Shown here: positions 14,631-28,096 of the stretch, one piece after another
How positions within the stretch are numbered: the stretch's first letter is position 1
How the letters are laid out: each line of letters begins with the position of its first letter
Source: the human T2T-CHM13v2.0 reference genome, Homo sapiens
Length of the DNA stretch: 64,000 nucleotides
Reading direction: 5' to 3' (one strand)
NCBI RefSeq assembly: GCF_009914755.1
Contig: NC_060938.1
Position numbers and translations under genes: made by a program
The notes under the pieces: model-generated
Told to the model about the DNA's origin: nothing
Seen by the model: only the letters and a program-made list of their open reading frames with translations
The model's database searches: none

Positions 14631-17600
14631 TATTCCATTCCATTCCATTCCATTCCATTCCATTCCATTCCATTCCATTAAACTCGGTTTAAATGAATTC
14701 CAGTCTATTCCATTACAATCAATTCCATTCCATTCCATTCCACTCGGGTTAGTTGCATTTCATTCCATTCCATTCCATTCCATTCCACTATATTCCATTC
14801 CACTCGGGTTGATTCAATTCCATTCTATTCCATTCCTTTGAATTACAATCCATTCCATTCCATTCCATACCATTCCATCCCATTCCACTCGGTGTTGATT
14901 CAAATCCATGCTATTCCATTCCATTACATTACATTCCACTCCAGTTGATTCAATTCCATTCTATTCCCTTCCATTCCATTCCACTCCATTCCCTTCCATT
15001 CCATTCCACTCAGGTTAGTTTAATTCAATTCTATTCCGTTCCATTCCATTCCATTCCTTTACACTCGGGTTGATTCAATTCCACTCCCTTGTATTTCACT
15101 ACGTTCCTTTCCTTTCCATTGAATTCCATTGATTCCATTCGTGTTGATTCCATTCCATTACATTCCATTACATTCCTTTCCTTTCCATTCCCTTCCATTC
15201 CATTCCACTGCACTCCATTCCATTCCATTCCGTTAAATTCCATTCCCTTCCATTCCACAAGGGAGTTGATTTAATTCCATTCTATTCCATTCTATTCCAT
15301 TGTATTCCATTCCATTCCATTCCATTCCGTTCTATTCCACTCCATTCCATTCCTTTCCATTCCATTCCATACCAAGTGGGTTGATTCAATTCCATTGTAT
15401 TCCATTGCATTCCATTCCATTCCATTCCATTTCATTCCCTTCAATTCCACTCGGGTTGATTCAATTCCGTTCTATTCTACTCCATTCCATTCCTTTCAAT
15501 TCCATTCCACTTGGGTTGATTCAATTCCTTTCTATTCCACTCCATTCCATTAAATTCGATTCCATTCCATTCGATTCCCCTCCATTCCATTCCATTCCAC
15601 AGGAGTTGATTCAATTCCTATCTGTTCCATTCCAGTCCTTTCCATTCAATTCCATTCCATTCCATTCTATTCCACTCCATTTGCTGTCCATTCCATTACA
15701 TTCCATTCCATTCCATCCCATCCCATTCTGTTCTACTCGGAGTTGATTCAAATCCATTCTATTCCATTCCATTCTATTCCATTCCATTCCATTCTAGTCG
15801 GGTATATTCAATTGCATTCTGTTGTATTCCATTCAATTCCATTCCATTCCATTCCATTCCATTCCATTCCATTCCATTCCATTCCACTCATGTTAATGTA
15901 ATTCATTTCTATTCCATTCCATTACATTACATTCCATTCCACTCCATTCCATTCGGTTTGATTCCATTCCATTCTATTCAATTACATTCCTTTCCTTTCC
16001 ATACCATTCCATTCCATTGCATTCCACTTGGGTTTATTCAGTTGCCTTCTATTCCATTCCATTCCAATCCATTCCATTCCATTCCATTCCATTCCATTCC
16101 ATTCCAGTCCATTCCACTCTGGTTGATTCCATTCAATTCTATTCCATTCCATTCCATTCCAATCGGGCAGTTTCAATTCCTTTCTATGCCACTCCATTCC
16201 ATTTCATTCAATTAATTCCATTCCATTCCATTCTATTCCACTCTGGGTGAGTCAATTCCATTCTATTCTATTCCATTCCATTCAATTCCATTCCTCTCAG
16301 GTTGATTCGATTCCGTTGTTTTCCATTCCATTCCATTCCATTCCATTCCATTCCATTCCACTCAGGTTGATTAAATACCATTATATTCCATTCGATTCCA
16401 TTCCATTCCATTCCATACCATTCCATTCAATTCCATACCATTCCACTCCATTCCACTCGGTTTAAATGAATTCCAGTCTATTCCATTCCATTCCATTCCA
16501 TTCCATGCCATTCCATTCCATTCCACTCGGGTTGATTCAATTCCATTCTAATACATTCCATTCCATTGCATTCCATTCCATTCCGCTCGTGTTCATTCAA
16601 TTCCATTCTATTCCATTCCATTCCATTCCATTCCATACCATTCCATTCCATTCCATTCCATTCCATACCATTCCATTCCATTCCATTCCATTCCATTCCA
16701 TTCCATTCCATTCCATTCGGGTTGATTCAATTCCATTATATACCATTCCATTCCATTGCATTCCATTCCATTACGTTAAATTCCGCTCGACTTGATTGAA
16801 TTCCATTTTATTCCATTCCATTCCATTCCATTCTACTCTGGTGGGTTCCATTACTTTCCTTTCCATTCGATTCCATTCCATTCCATTCCATTCCATTCTA
16901 TTCCATTCCATTCCATTCCATTCTACTCTGGTGGGTTCCATTACTTCCCTTTCCATTCGATTCCATTCCATTCCATCCCATTCCTTTCCATTCCATTCCA
17001 CTGAATTCCCTTCCTTTCCATTCCTTTCCATTTAATTCCACTCGGGATGATTCATTTCCATTGAATTCCATTCCATTCCTTTCCTTTCCCCTCGGGTTGA
17101 TTTTATTCCATTCTACTCCATTCCATTCCATTCCATTCCATTCTATTCCATTCCATTCCATTACACACGGGTTGATTCAATTCCATTCTATTCCATTACA
17201 TTCCATTTAACTCCATTCCATTCCATTCCATTCCATCCCATTCCATTCCATTCCGCTCAGATTGATTCAATTCCATTCTAGTCCATTCCATTCCATTCCA
17301 TTCCATTCCATTCCATTCCATTCCATTCCTTTCCATTCCACACAGGTTAATTCAATTCAATTCTACTGCATTCGATTCCATTCCGTTGCCTTTCATTCTA
17401 TTCCACTCGGGTTGATTCAATTCCATTCTATTGCATTTCACTACATTGCATTCCATTCCATTCCATTCCATTCCACCGCATAGCATTCTATTCCAATGCA
17501 TTCCATTCGGGTTGATTCCATTCCATTCCAATCCATTCCATTCCATTCCATTACATTCCATCCCATTCCATTCCATTCCATCCCTTTGCTTTCCATTCCA

Positions 17601-19462
17601 TTCAATTCCATTCAACTCGGGTTTATTCAATTCCATTGTATTGAATTCCATTCCATTCCATTCCATTCCATTCCATGCCATGCCATTCCATTCCATTGCA
17701 ATCCACTCGGGTTGATTCAGTTCCATTCTATTCCATTCCATGCCATTCCATTCCATTCCCCTCGGATTGATTCAGTTCCATTCTAATCCATTCCATTCCA
17801 TTCCATTCCATTCCATTCCATTCCATTCCGCTCGTGTTCATTCGATTCCATTCCATTCCATTCCATTCCATTCCATTCCATTTCGTTCCATTCGGGTTGA
17901 TTCAATTCCATTCTATTCCATTCCATTCGATTCTATTCGGGTAGATTCCATTACTTTCCTTTCCATTCGATTCGATTCCATTCCATTCCATTCCATTCCA
18001 TTCCATTCCATTCCATTCCTTTCCATTCCACTCGGGTTGATCCCATTCATTTCTATTCCATTCCATTCCATTCCATTCCATTCCATTCCATTCCATTCCA
18101 ATCTAGCAGTTTCAAATCCATTCTATACCACTCCATTCCATTTCATTCAATTCAATTACATTCCATTCCATTCCATTCTATTCCACTCTGGTTTACTCAA
18201 TTCCATTATATTCTATTCCATTCCGTTCAATTCAATTCCATTCCTCTCGTGTGGATTCTATTAAATTCTGTTCCATTCCATTCCATTTTGATCCACTCAG
18301 GTTGATTAAATACCATTATATTCCATTCCATTCCATTCCATTGCATTCCATTCCATTCCATTCCATTCCATTCCATTAAACTCCGCTTAAATGAATTCCA
18401 GTCTCTTCCATTCCATTCCATTCCATTCCACTCGGGTTAGTTCCATTTCATTCCATTCCATTCCATTCCATTCCATTATATTCCTTTCCACTCGAGTTGA
18501 TTCAATTCCTTTCTATTCCGTTCCATTCAGTTGCATTTCATTCCATTGCATTCCATACCTTTCCATACCATTCGACTCGGTGTTGATTCATATTCATTCT
18601 ATTCCATTCCATTCCATTACATTACATTCCACTTGGCTTGATTCAATTCCATTCTATTCCATTCCATTCCATTCCATTCCATTCTACTCGGGTGGATTCC
18701 ATTACTTTCATTTCCATTCGATTCCATTCCATTCCATTACACTCCATTCCCTTCCTTTCGTTCCATTCCAATGAAACCCACTCGGGTTGATTCCATTCCA
18801 TTCCATTCCATTCCATTCCTTTCCACTCGGGTTGATTCAATTCCATTCTATTCCATTCCATTCCATTCCATTCCAATCGATTCTATTCCACACGGGTTGA
18901 TTCAATTCCGTTCTATTCCATTGCATTCCATTTACCTACATTGCATTGCATTCCATTCCGTTCGATTCCATTCCACTAGGGATGATTCCATTGATTTCTA
19001 TTCCATTCCATTCCATTCCATTCCATTCCATTCAATTCCACTCCGGTTGACTCAATTCCATTATATTGAATTCCATTCCATTCCATTCCATTCCATTCCA
19101 TTCCATTCCATTCCTCTCGGGTTGAGTCGATTCCATTCTGTTCCATTCCATTCCATTCCATTCCATTCCGATCCACTCGGGTTGATAAAATACCATTATA
19201 TTCCATTCCATTCCATTCCATTCCATTCCATTCCATACCATTCCATTCCATTAAACTCGGTTTAAATGAATTCCAGTCTATTCCATTCCAATCAATTCCA
19301 TTCCATTCAATTCCACTCGGGTTAGTTGCATTTCATTCCATTCCATTCCATTCCATTCCATTATATTCCATTCCACTCGGGTTGATTCAATTCCATTCTA
19401 TTCCATTCCATTCAATTACATTACATTCCATGCCATTCCATTCCATACCATTCCATCCCATT

Positions 19463-20835
19463 CCACTCGGTGTTGATTCAAATCCATGCTATTCCATTCC
19501 ATTCCATTACATTACATTCCACTCGAGTTGATTCAGTTCCATTCTATTCCCTTCCATTCCATTCCACTCCATTCCCTTCCATTCCATTCCACTCAGGTTA
19601 GTTTAATTCAATTCTATTCCGTTGCATTCCATTCCATTCCTTTACACTCGGGTTGATTCAATTCCACTCCCTTGTATTTCACTACGTTTCATTCCATTCC
19701 ATTCAATTCCATTGATTCCATTCGTGTTGATTCCATTCCATTGCATTCCATTCCATTCCTTTCCTTTCCATTCCTTCCATTCCGTTCCACTGCACTCCAT
19801 TCCATTCCATTCCATTCCGTTAAATTCCACTCCCTTCCATTCCACAAGGGAGTTGATTTAATTCCATTCTATTCTATTCTATTCCATTGTATTCCATTCC
19901 ATTCCATTCCATTCCGTTCTATTCCACTCCATTCCATTCCTTTCCATTCCATTCCATTCCATTCCATACCACGTGGGTTGATTCAATTCCATTGTATTCC
20001 ATTGCATTCCATTCCATTCCATTCCATTTCATTCCCTTCAATTCCACTCGGGTTGATTCAATTCCGTTCTATTCTACTCCATTCCATTCCTTTCAATTCC
20101 ATTCCACTTGGGTTGATTCAATTCCTTTCTATTCCACTCCATTCCATTAAATTCGATTCCATTCCATTCGATTCCCCTCCATTCCATTCCATTCCACAGG
20201 GGTTGATTCAATTCCTATCTGTTCCATTCCAGTCCTTTCCATTCAATTCCATTCCATTCCATTCTATTCAACTCCATTTGCTTTCCATTCCATTCCATTC
20301 CATTCCATCCCATCCCATTCTGTTCCACTCGGGGTTGATTCAAATCCATTCTATTCCATTCCATTCTATTCCATTCCATTCCATTCTAGTCGGGTATATT
20401 CAAAGGCATTCTGTTGTATTCCATTCCATTCCATTCCATTCCATTCCATTCCATTCCATTCCATTCCATTCCACTCCGGTTGACTCTATTCCATTATATT
20501 GAATTCCATTCCATTCCATTCCATTCCATTCCATTCCATTCCGATCCACTCGGGTTGATTAAATAGCATTATATTCCATTCCATTCCATTCCATTCCATT
20601 CCATTCCATTCCATTCCATTCCATACCATTCCATTCCATTAAACTCGGTTTAAATGAATTCCAGTCTATTCCATTCCAATCAATTCCATTCCATTCCATT
20701 CCACTCGGGTTAGTTGCATTTCATTCCATTCCATTCCATTCCATTCCACTCGGGTTGATTCAATTCCATTCTATTCCATTCCATTCAATTACATTCCATT
20801 CCTTTCCATTCCATTCCATACCATTCCATCACATT
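19463..20835 (+). repeat. Truncated 1.37-kb unit at the junction between the irregular and ordered domains
   Basis: Unit-head modules run to CGGGTATATTCAAAGGCATTCTGTTG (~20391-20416). After a pure CATTC run the sequence jumps to tail modules (CCACTCCGGTTGACTC at 20471). Confidence 0.75.
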
Positions 20836-23800
20836 CCACTCGGTGTTCATTCAAATCCATGCTATTCCATTCCATTCCATTACATTACATTCCACTCGAG
20901 TTGATTCAATTCCATTCTATTCCCTTCCATTCCATTCCACTCCATTCCCTTCCATTCCATTCCACTCAGGTTAGTTTAATTCAATTCTATTCCGTTCCAT
21001 TGCATTCCATTCCTTTACAATCGGGTTGATTCAATTCCACTCCCTTGTATTTCACTACGTTCCATTCCATTCCATTCAATTCCATTGATTCCATTCGTGT
21101 TGATTCCATTCCATTACATTCCATTACATTCCTTTCCTTTCCATACCTTTCCATTCCGTTCCACTGCACTCCATTCCATTCCATTCCGTTAAATTCCATT
21201 CCCTTCCATTCCACAAGGGAGTTGATTTAATTCCATTCTATTCCATTCTATTACATTGTATTCCATTCCATTCCATTCCATTCCGTTCTATTCCTCTCCA
21301 TTCCATTCCTTTCCATTCCATTCCATTCCATTCCATACCACGTGGTTTGATTCAATTCCATTCTATTCCATTGCATTCCATTCCATTTCATTCCCTTCAA
21401 TTCCACTCGGGTTGAGTCAATTCCGTTCTATTCTACTCCATTCCATTCCTTTCAATTCCATTCCACTTGGGTTGATTCACTTCCTTTCTATTCCACTCCA
21501 TTCCATTAAATTCGATTCCATTCCATTTGATTCCCCTCCATTCCATTCCATTCCACAGGGGTTGATTCAATTCCTATCTGTTCCATTCCAGTCCTTTCCA
21601 TTCCATTCCATTCCATTCCATTCTATTCCACTCCATTCATTTCCTTTCCATTCCATTCCGTTCCATTCCATCCCATCCCATTCTGTTCCACTCGGGGTTG
21701 ATTCAAATCCATTCTATTCCATTCCATTCTATTCCATTCCATTCCATTCTACTCGGGTATATTCAATTGCATTCTGTTGTATTCCATTCATTTCCATTCC
21801 ATTCCATTCCATTCCATTCCATTCCATTCCATTCCACTCATGTTAATGCAATTCATTTCTATTCCATTCCATTCCATTACATTACATTCTACTCCATTCC
21901 ATTCGGTTTGATTCTATTCCATTCTATTCAATTACATTCCTTTCCTTTCCATACCATTCCATTCCATTGCATTCCACTTGGGTTTATTCAGTTGCATTCT
22001 ATGCCATTCCATTCCATTCCATTCCATTCCGTTCCATTCCATTCCATTCCATTCCACTGGGGTTGATTCCATTCAATTCTATTCCATTCCATTCCATTCC
22101 AATCGAGCAGTTTCAATTCCGTTCTATACCACTCCATTCCATTTCATTCAATTAATTTCATTCCATTCCATTCTATTCCACTCTGGGTGACTCAATTCCA
22201 CTATATTCTATTCCATTCCATTCAATTCCATTCCTCTCAGGTTGATTCGATTCTGTTGTTTTCCATTCCATTCCATTCCATTCCATTCGACTCGGGTTGA
22301 TTAAATACCATTATATTCCATTCGATTCCATTCCATTCCATTCCATTCCATTCCATTCCATTCCATTTCATTCCATACCATTCCATTCCATTCCATACCA
22401 TTCCATTCCATTCCACTCGGTTTAAATGAATTCCAGTGTATTCCATTCCATTCCATTCCATTCCATGCCATTCCATCCCATTCCACTCGGGTTGATTGAA
22501 TTCCATTCTAATACATTCCATTCCATTCCATTCCATTCCATTCCGCTCGTGTTCATTCAATTCCATTCTATTCCATTCCATTCCATTCCATTCCATTCCT
22601 TTCCATTCCATTCGGGTTGATTCAATTCCATTCTATACCATTCCATTCCATTCCATTCCATTCCATTCCATTCCATTACGTTCAATTCCGCTCAAGTTTA
22701 TTCAGTTCCATTCTATTCCATTCCATTCCATTCCATTCTACTCTGGTGGGTTGCATTACTTTCCTTTCCATTCGATTCCATTCCATTCCATTCCATTCCA
22801 TTCTATTCCATTCCATTCCATTCCATTCCATTCTACTCTGGTGGTTTCCATTACTTCCCTTTCCATTCGATTCCATTCCGTTCCATCCCATTCCATTCCA
22901 TTCCATTCCACTGAATTCCCTTCCTTTCCATTCCATTCCATTTAATTCCACTCGGGATGATTCATTTCCATTGAATTCCATTCCATTCCATTCCTTTCCC
23001 CTCGGGTTGATTCCATTCCATTCTACTCCATTCCATTCCATTCCATTCCATTCCATTCCATTCCATTCCATTCCGTTCCATTCCATTCCATTCCATTACA
23101 CACGGGTTGATTCAATTCCATTCTATTCCATTACATTCCATTTAACTCCATTCCATTCCATACCATTCCATCCCATTCCATTCCATTCCGCTCGGATTGA
23201 TACAATTCCATTCTAATCCATTCCATTCCATTCCATTCCATTCCATTGCATTCCATTCCATTCCGCTCGTGTTCATTCAATTCCATTCTATTCCATTCCA
23301 TTCCATTCCACTCGGGTTGTTTCCATTCCATTCCATTCCATTCCATTCCATTCCATTCCTTTCCATTCCACACAGGTTAATTCAATTCAATTCTATTGCA
23401 TTCGATTCCATTCTATTGCCTTTCATTCTATTCCACTCGGGTTGATTCAATTCCATTCTATTGCATTTCACTACATTGCATTCCATTCCATTCCATTCCC
23501 CCCCATAGCATTCTATTCCACTGCATTCCATTCGGTTTGATTCCATTCCATTCCTTTCCATTCCATTCCATTCAATTCCATTCCATCCCTTTGCTTTCCA
23601 TTCCATTCAATTCCATTCCACTCGGGTTGATTCAATTCCATTGTATTGAATTCCATTCCATTCCATTCCATTACATTCCATGCCATGCCATTCCATTCCA
23701 TTGCAATCCACTCGGGTTGATTCAGTTCCATTCTATTAAATTCCATGCCATTCCATTCCATTCCACTCGGATTGATTCAATTCCATTCTAATCCATTCCA

Positions 23801-26800
23801 TTCCATTCCATTCCATTTCATTCCATTCCGTTCCATTCCACTCGTGTTCATTCAATTCCATTCTATTCCTTTCCATTCCATTCCATTCCATTCCATTTCA
23901 TTCCATTCGGGTTGATTCAATTCCATTCTATTCCATTCTATTCGGGTAGATTCCATTACTTTCCTTTCCATTCGATTCGATTCGATTCGATTCCATTCCA
24001 TTCCATTCCATTCCATTCCTTTCCATTCCATTCCATTCCACTCGGGTTGATCCCATTCATTTCTATTCCATTCCATTCAATTCCATTCCATTCCATTCCA
24101 TTCCAATCAAGTAGTTTCAAATCCATTCTATACCACTCCATTCCATTTCATTCAATTCCATTCAATTCCATTCCATTCCATTCCATTCCATTCCATTCCA
24201 CTCCATTCCACTCATGTTAATGCAATTCATTTCTATTCCATTCCATTACATTACATTACATTCCACTCCATTCCATTCGGTTTGATTCCATTCCATTCTA
24301 TTCAATTACATTCCTTTCCTTTCCATACCATTCTATTCCATTGCATTCCACTTGGGTTTATTCAGTTGCATTCTATGCCATTCCATTCCATTCCATTCCA
24401 TTCCGTTCCATTCCATTCCATTCCGTTCCACTGGGGTTGATTCCATTCAATTCTATTCCATTCCATTCCATTCCAATCGGGTAGTTTCAATTACGTTCTA
24501 TACCACTCCATTCCATTTCATTCAATTAATTTCATTCCATTCCATTCTATTCCACTCTGGGTGACTCATTTCCACTATATTCTATTCCATTCCATTCATT
24601 TCCATTCCTCTCAGGTTGATTGGATTCTGTTGTTTTCCATTCCATTCCATTCCATTCCATTCGACTTGGGTTGATTAAATACCATTATATTCCATTCGAT
24701 TCGATTCCATTCCATTCCATTCCATTCCATTCCATTCCATTTCATTCCATACCATTCCATTCCATTCCATACCATTCCATTCCATTCCACTCGGTTTAAA
24801 TGAATTCCAGTCTATTCCATTCCATTCCATTCCATTCCATTCCACTCGGTTTAAATGAATTCCAGTCTATTCCATTCCATTCCATTCCATTCCATGCCAT
24901 TCCATCCCATTCCACTCGGGTTGATTCAATTCCATTCTAATACATTCCATTCCATTCCATTCCATTCCATTCCGCTCGTGTTCATTCAATTCCATTCCAT
25001 TCCATTCCATTCCATTCCATTCCTTTCCATTCCATTCGGGTTGATTCAATTCCATTCTATACCATTCCATTCCATTCCATTCCATTCCATTACGTTTAAT
25101 TCTGCTCGAGTTTATTCAGTTCCATTCTATTCCATTCCATTCCATTCCATTCAACTCTGGTGGGTTCCATTTCTTTCCTTTCCATTTGATTCCATTCCAT
25201 TCCATTCCATTCCATTCCATTCTATTCCATTCCATTCCATTCCATTCCATTCTACTCTGGTGGTTTCCATTACTTCCCTTTCCATTCGATTCGATTCCAT
25301 TCCATTCGATTCGATTCCATTCCATTCCATTCCATTCCATTCCATTCCGCTCGTGTTCATTCAATTCCATTCTATTCCATTCCATTCCATGCCATTCCAT
25401 TCCATTCCATTCCATTCCATTCCATTCCATTCCATTCCATTCCATTTCATTCCATTCGGGTTGATTCAATTCCATTCTATGCCATTCCATTCCATTCCAT
25501 TCCATTCCGCTCGGGTTGATTCAATTCCATTCTATTCCATTCCATTCCATTCTATTCGGGTAGATTCCATTACTTTCCTTTCCATTCGATTCGATTCCAT
25601 TCCATTCCATTCCATTCCACTCCATTCCCTTCCTTTCCATTCCATTCCAATGAATTCCACTCGGGTTGATTCATTTCCATTCAATTCCATTCCATTCCAT
25701 TCAGTTCCTTTCCACTCCGGTTGATTCGATTCCATTCTATTCCATTGCATTCCATTCCATTCCAATCCATTCCATTCCACACGCGTTGTTTTGATTCCGT
25801 TCTATCCCATTGCATTCCATTTAACTCCATTGCATTCCATTCCATTCCATTCCATTCCATTCCTTTCCATTCCATTCCACTCGGGTTGATCCCATTCATT
25901 TCTAATCCATTCCATTCCATTCCATTCCATTCCATTCCATTCCATTCCAATCAAGTAGTTTCAAATCCATTCTATACCACTCCATTCCATTTCATTCAAT
26001 TCCATTCCATTCCATTCCATTCCATTCCATTCTATTCCACTCCGGTTTACTCAATTTCATTATATTCTATTCCATTCCATTCAATTCAATTCCATTCCTC
26101 TCGGGTGGATTCTATTCCATTCTGTTCCATTCCATTCCATTCCGATCCACTCGGGTTGATTAAATACCATTATATTCCACTCCATTCCATTCCATTCCAT
26201 TCTATTCCATTCCATTCCATTCCGATTCACTCAGGTTGATTAAATACCATTTTATTCCATTAAATTCCATTCCATTCCATTCCATTCCATTCCATACCAT
26301 TCCATTCCATTAAACTCCGTTTAAATGAATTCCAGTCTCTTCCATTCCATTCCATTCCATTCCACTCGGGTTAGTTCCATTTCATTCCATTCCATTACCT
26401 TCCATTCCATTATATTCCATTCCACTCGGCTTGATTCAATTCCTTTCTATTCCGTTCCATTCAGTTACATTCCATTCCATTGCATTCCATACCTTTGCAT
26501 ACCTTTCGACTCGGTGTTGATTCATATTCATTCCATTCCATTCCCTTCCATTCCATTCCATTCCATTCCACTTGGCTTGATTCAATTCCATTCTATTCCA
26601 TTACATTCCATTCCATTCCACTCCATTCCTTTCCATTCCATTCCACTCAGGTTAATTCAATTCTATTCTATTCCATTCCATTCCATTCCATTCCGTTCAA
26701 TTCCACTCGGTTTGATTCAATTCCATTCTATTCCATTCCATTCTACTCGGGTCGATTCCATAACTTTCCTTTCCATTCGATTCCATTCCATTCCCTTCCT

Positions 26801-28096
26801 TTCCATTCCATTCCATTTAATTCCACTCGGGTTGATTCATTACCATTTAATTCCATTCCATTACATTCCTTTCCACTCGGGTTGATTCAGTTCCATTCTA
26901 TTCCATTCCTCTCCATTCCATTCTATTCCATTACACAGTGGTTGATTCAATTCCATTCTATTCCATTGCATTCCATTTAACTCCATTCCATTCCATTCCA
27001 TTCCATTCCATGCCATTCCATTCCATTCTACTCGGGTTGATTCCATTCCATTCCATTCCATTCCATTCCCTTCCATTCCATTCCGCTCGTGTTCATTCAA
27101 TTCCATTCTATTCCATTCCATTCCATTCCATTCCTTTCCATTCCATTCCATTCCATTCCATTCGGGTTGATTCAATTCCATTCTATGCCATTCCATTCCA
27201 TTCCTTTCCATTCCTTTCCATTCAATTCCATTGCGTTCCATTCAGCTCAGGTTGAATCAATTCCATTCTATTCCATTCCATTCCATTCCATTCTACTCGG
27301 GTGGATTCCATTACTTTCATTTCCATTCGATTCCATTCCATTCCATTCCACTCCATTCCCTTCTTTACGTTCCATTCCAATGAAACCCACTCGGGTTGAT
27401 TCCATTCCATTCCATTCCATTCCATTCCATTCCATTCCATTCCATTCCTTTCCACTCGGGTTGATTCAATTCCATTCTATTCCATTCCATTCCATTCCAT
27501 TTCAATCGATTGCATTCCACACGGGTTGATTCAATTCCGTTCTATTCCATTGCATTCCATTTACCTCCATTATATTCCATTCCATTCCATTCCATTCCAT
27601 TCCACTAGGGTTGATTCCATTCATTTCTATTCCATTCCATTCCATTCCATTCCATTCCATTCCATTCCACTCCGGTTGACTCAATTCCATTATATTGAAT
27701 TCCATTCCATTCCATTCCATTCCATTCCATTCCATTCAATTCCTCTCGGGTTGAGTCGATTCCATTCTGTTCCATTCTATTCCATTCCATTCCATTCCGA
27801 TCCACTTGGGTTGATTAAATACCAATATATTCCATTCCATTCCATTCCATTCCATTGCATTCCATTCCATTCCGTTCCATAACATTCCATTAAACTCGGT
27901 TTAAATGAATTCCAGTCTATTCCATTCCAATCAATTCCATTCCATTCCATTCCACTCGGGTTAGTTGCATTTCATTCCATTCCATTCCATTCCATTCCAT
28001 TTTATTCCATTCCACTCGGGTTGATTCAATTCCATTCTATTCCATTCCATTCAATTCCATTCCATTCCATTCCATTCCATACCATTCCATCCCATT
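20836..28096 (+). repeat. HOR subunit A (7,261 bp; 7,201 bp at 38206-45406; 7,206 bp at 55491-62696)
   Basis: Delimited by the CCACTCGGTGTT(G/C)ATTCAAATCCATGC landmark. A-specific variants include GGTGTTCATTC, TTTACAATCGGG and ACGCGT. Confidence 0.85.
24787..24896 (+). repeat. 55-bp tandem duplication of the CCACTCGGTTTAAATGAATTCCAGTCTATT module
   Basis: The module occurs at 24787 and 24842. The same doublet is present at 42102/42157 and 59392/59447. Confidence 0.85.

Larger units (their letters stand above)
1..20540 (+). repeat. Irregular (non-HOR) satellite III domain built from the same modules as the downstream ordered array
   Basis: The unit-start landmark CCACT(C/T)GGTGTT(G/C)ATTCAAATCCATGCTATTCC falls at 17, 5065, 14885, 19463 and 20836. 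The spacings (5048, 9820, 4578, 1373) are irregular, unlike the regular pattern downstream. Confidence 0.85.
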
